A stretch of 63,994 nucleotides of DNA, the filler included, from Dicyema japonicum (lineage: Eukaryota > Animalia > Dicyemida), in the NCBI GenBank assembly GCA_011109175.1. It is 7 parts of 7 records of this genome, joined end to end, with 100 filler letters (N's around TTAATTAATTAA, not from the genome) between each part and the next. Parts side by side here need not be neighbours in the genome. Positions count along the whole stretch, not along the records: positions 62,355 to 63,994 come from RDEW01000317.1; 6 more parts are not named here. One strand, given 5' to 3'. Position 1 is the first letter of the stretch. Each line of letters starts with the position of its first letter. A program made the translations under genes and the position numbers. The notes beneath the pieces are model-generated. The model was not told where the DNA came from, made no database searches, and saw only the letters and a program-made list of their open reading frames with translations. Below, in pieces: positions 63,497-63,994 of the stretch.

Positions 63497-63994
63497 ATAC
63501 TGCATTTACGCATCCTGCCTGCCACAAAACTACGTGGATGGGGAAGCGAAGGAACTCAGAAGGAAAGCTGGTCCCAATATACAACCAAATCGATTATGTC
63601 ATATGCCGGGCTAAAGACAAANAAAACATAGACACTAAGGTAATTATTTGATGTAATTTAAATTTACTTTTTTGTATAATACTTTAACAAATTCAGTTTT
63701 ATATTTAATAATATTAATATTTTTATTGTTTATTATCATTTTTCATTTAATTCATTTATTTCCTTCTCCTATGCAATACTGCATTTACGCATCCTGCCTG
63801 CCACAAAACTACGTGGATGGGGAAGCGAAGGATCTCAGAAGGAAAGCTGGTCCCAATATACAACCAAATCGATTTTGTCATATGCCGGGCTAAAGACAAA
63901 CACCTTCTAGTAAACGCACGTTCATATGAAGGCTCGACGACTGTCAGCGACCACAAGATGGTCATTGCGACCTTCACCCTGAAAAAACATGCCA
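63497..63994 (+). mobile_element. RTE-like APE endonuclease fragment immediately upstream of GET4 (partly duplicated across the N at 63622)
   Basis: TAFTHPACHKTTW...YNQIDF/YVICR...ARSYEG...SDHKMV. Confidence 0.85.

Noticed and set aside
63343-63900. Tandem pair of small membrane-protein ORFs (63393-63614, 63672-63893)
   Set aside because: These are TTG-started frames over AT-rich DNA plus an RTE scrap, duplicated across a single N. Likely a scaffold overlap artefact, as at 24509 and 49166.
1-63994. Hammerhead ribozymes or Penelope-like elements
   Set aside because: The CTGATGA occurrences I inspected lack a helix II plus GAAA core, and no GIY-YIG motif was seen. The scan was by eye and not exhaustive.

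Overview
AT-rich eukaryotic (almost certainly metazoan) genomic DNA. It is a concatenation of seven contigs or scaffolds joined by artificial 100-bp linkers (N44-TTAATTAATTAA-N44). Most of the window is decayed non-LTR retrotransposons: many CRE-clade RLE elements, R4/Dong-like RLE elements, RTE and Jockey/I/CR1-type APE LINEs. There are also tRNA-derived and non-tRNA SINE-like repeats, a Buster/Charlie hAT remnant, a TIR element, a 160-bp satellite and an inverted segmental duplication. The only apparently intact host gene is GET4 (minus strand, 3' end cut off by a linker). It is split by six GT-AG introns of only 22-26 nt, which fits a miniature-intron animal such as a dicyemid (inference). 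Broken host-gene copies are scattered among the TEs: NOG1/GTPBP4, a CenH3-like histone, an SPT16-like fragment, a CDK-like fragment and an intron-rich coiled-coil gene. The most interesting signals are: the ultra-short intron system with degenerate splice sites; a co-varying stem-loop overlapping the LINE stop codon and shared with modular non-autonomous elements; a conserved Sm-like site plus hairpin at RTE 5' ends; and strong co-orientation of TE fragments, as in a piRNA cluster. TE boundaries are approximate and family assignments come from motif recognition by eye, not database searches.
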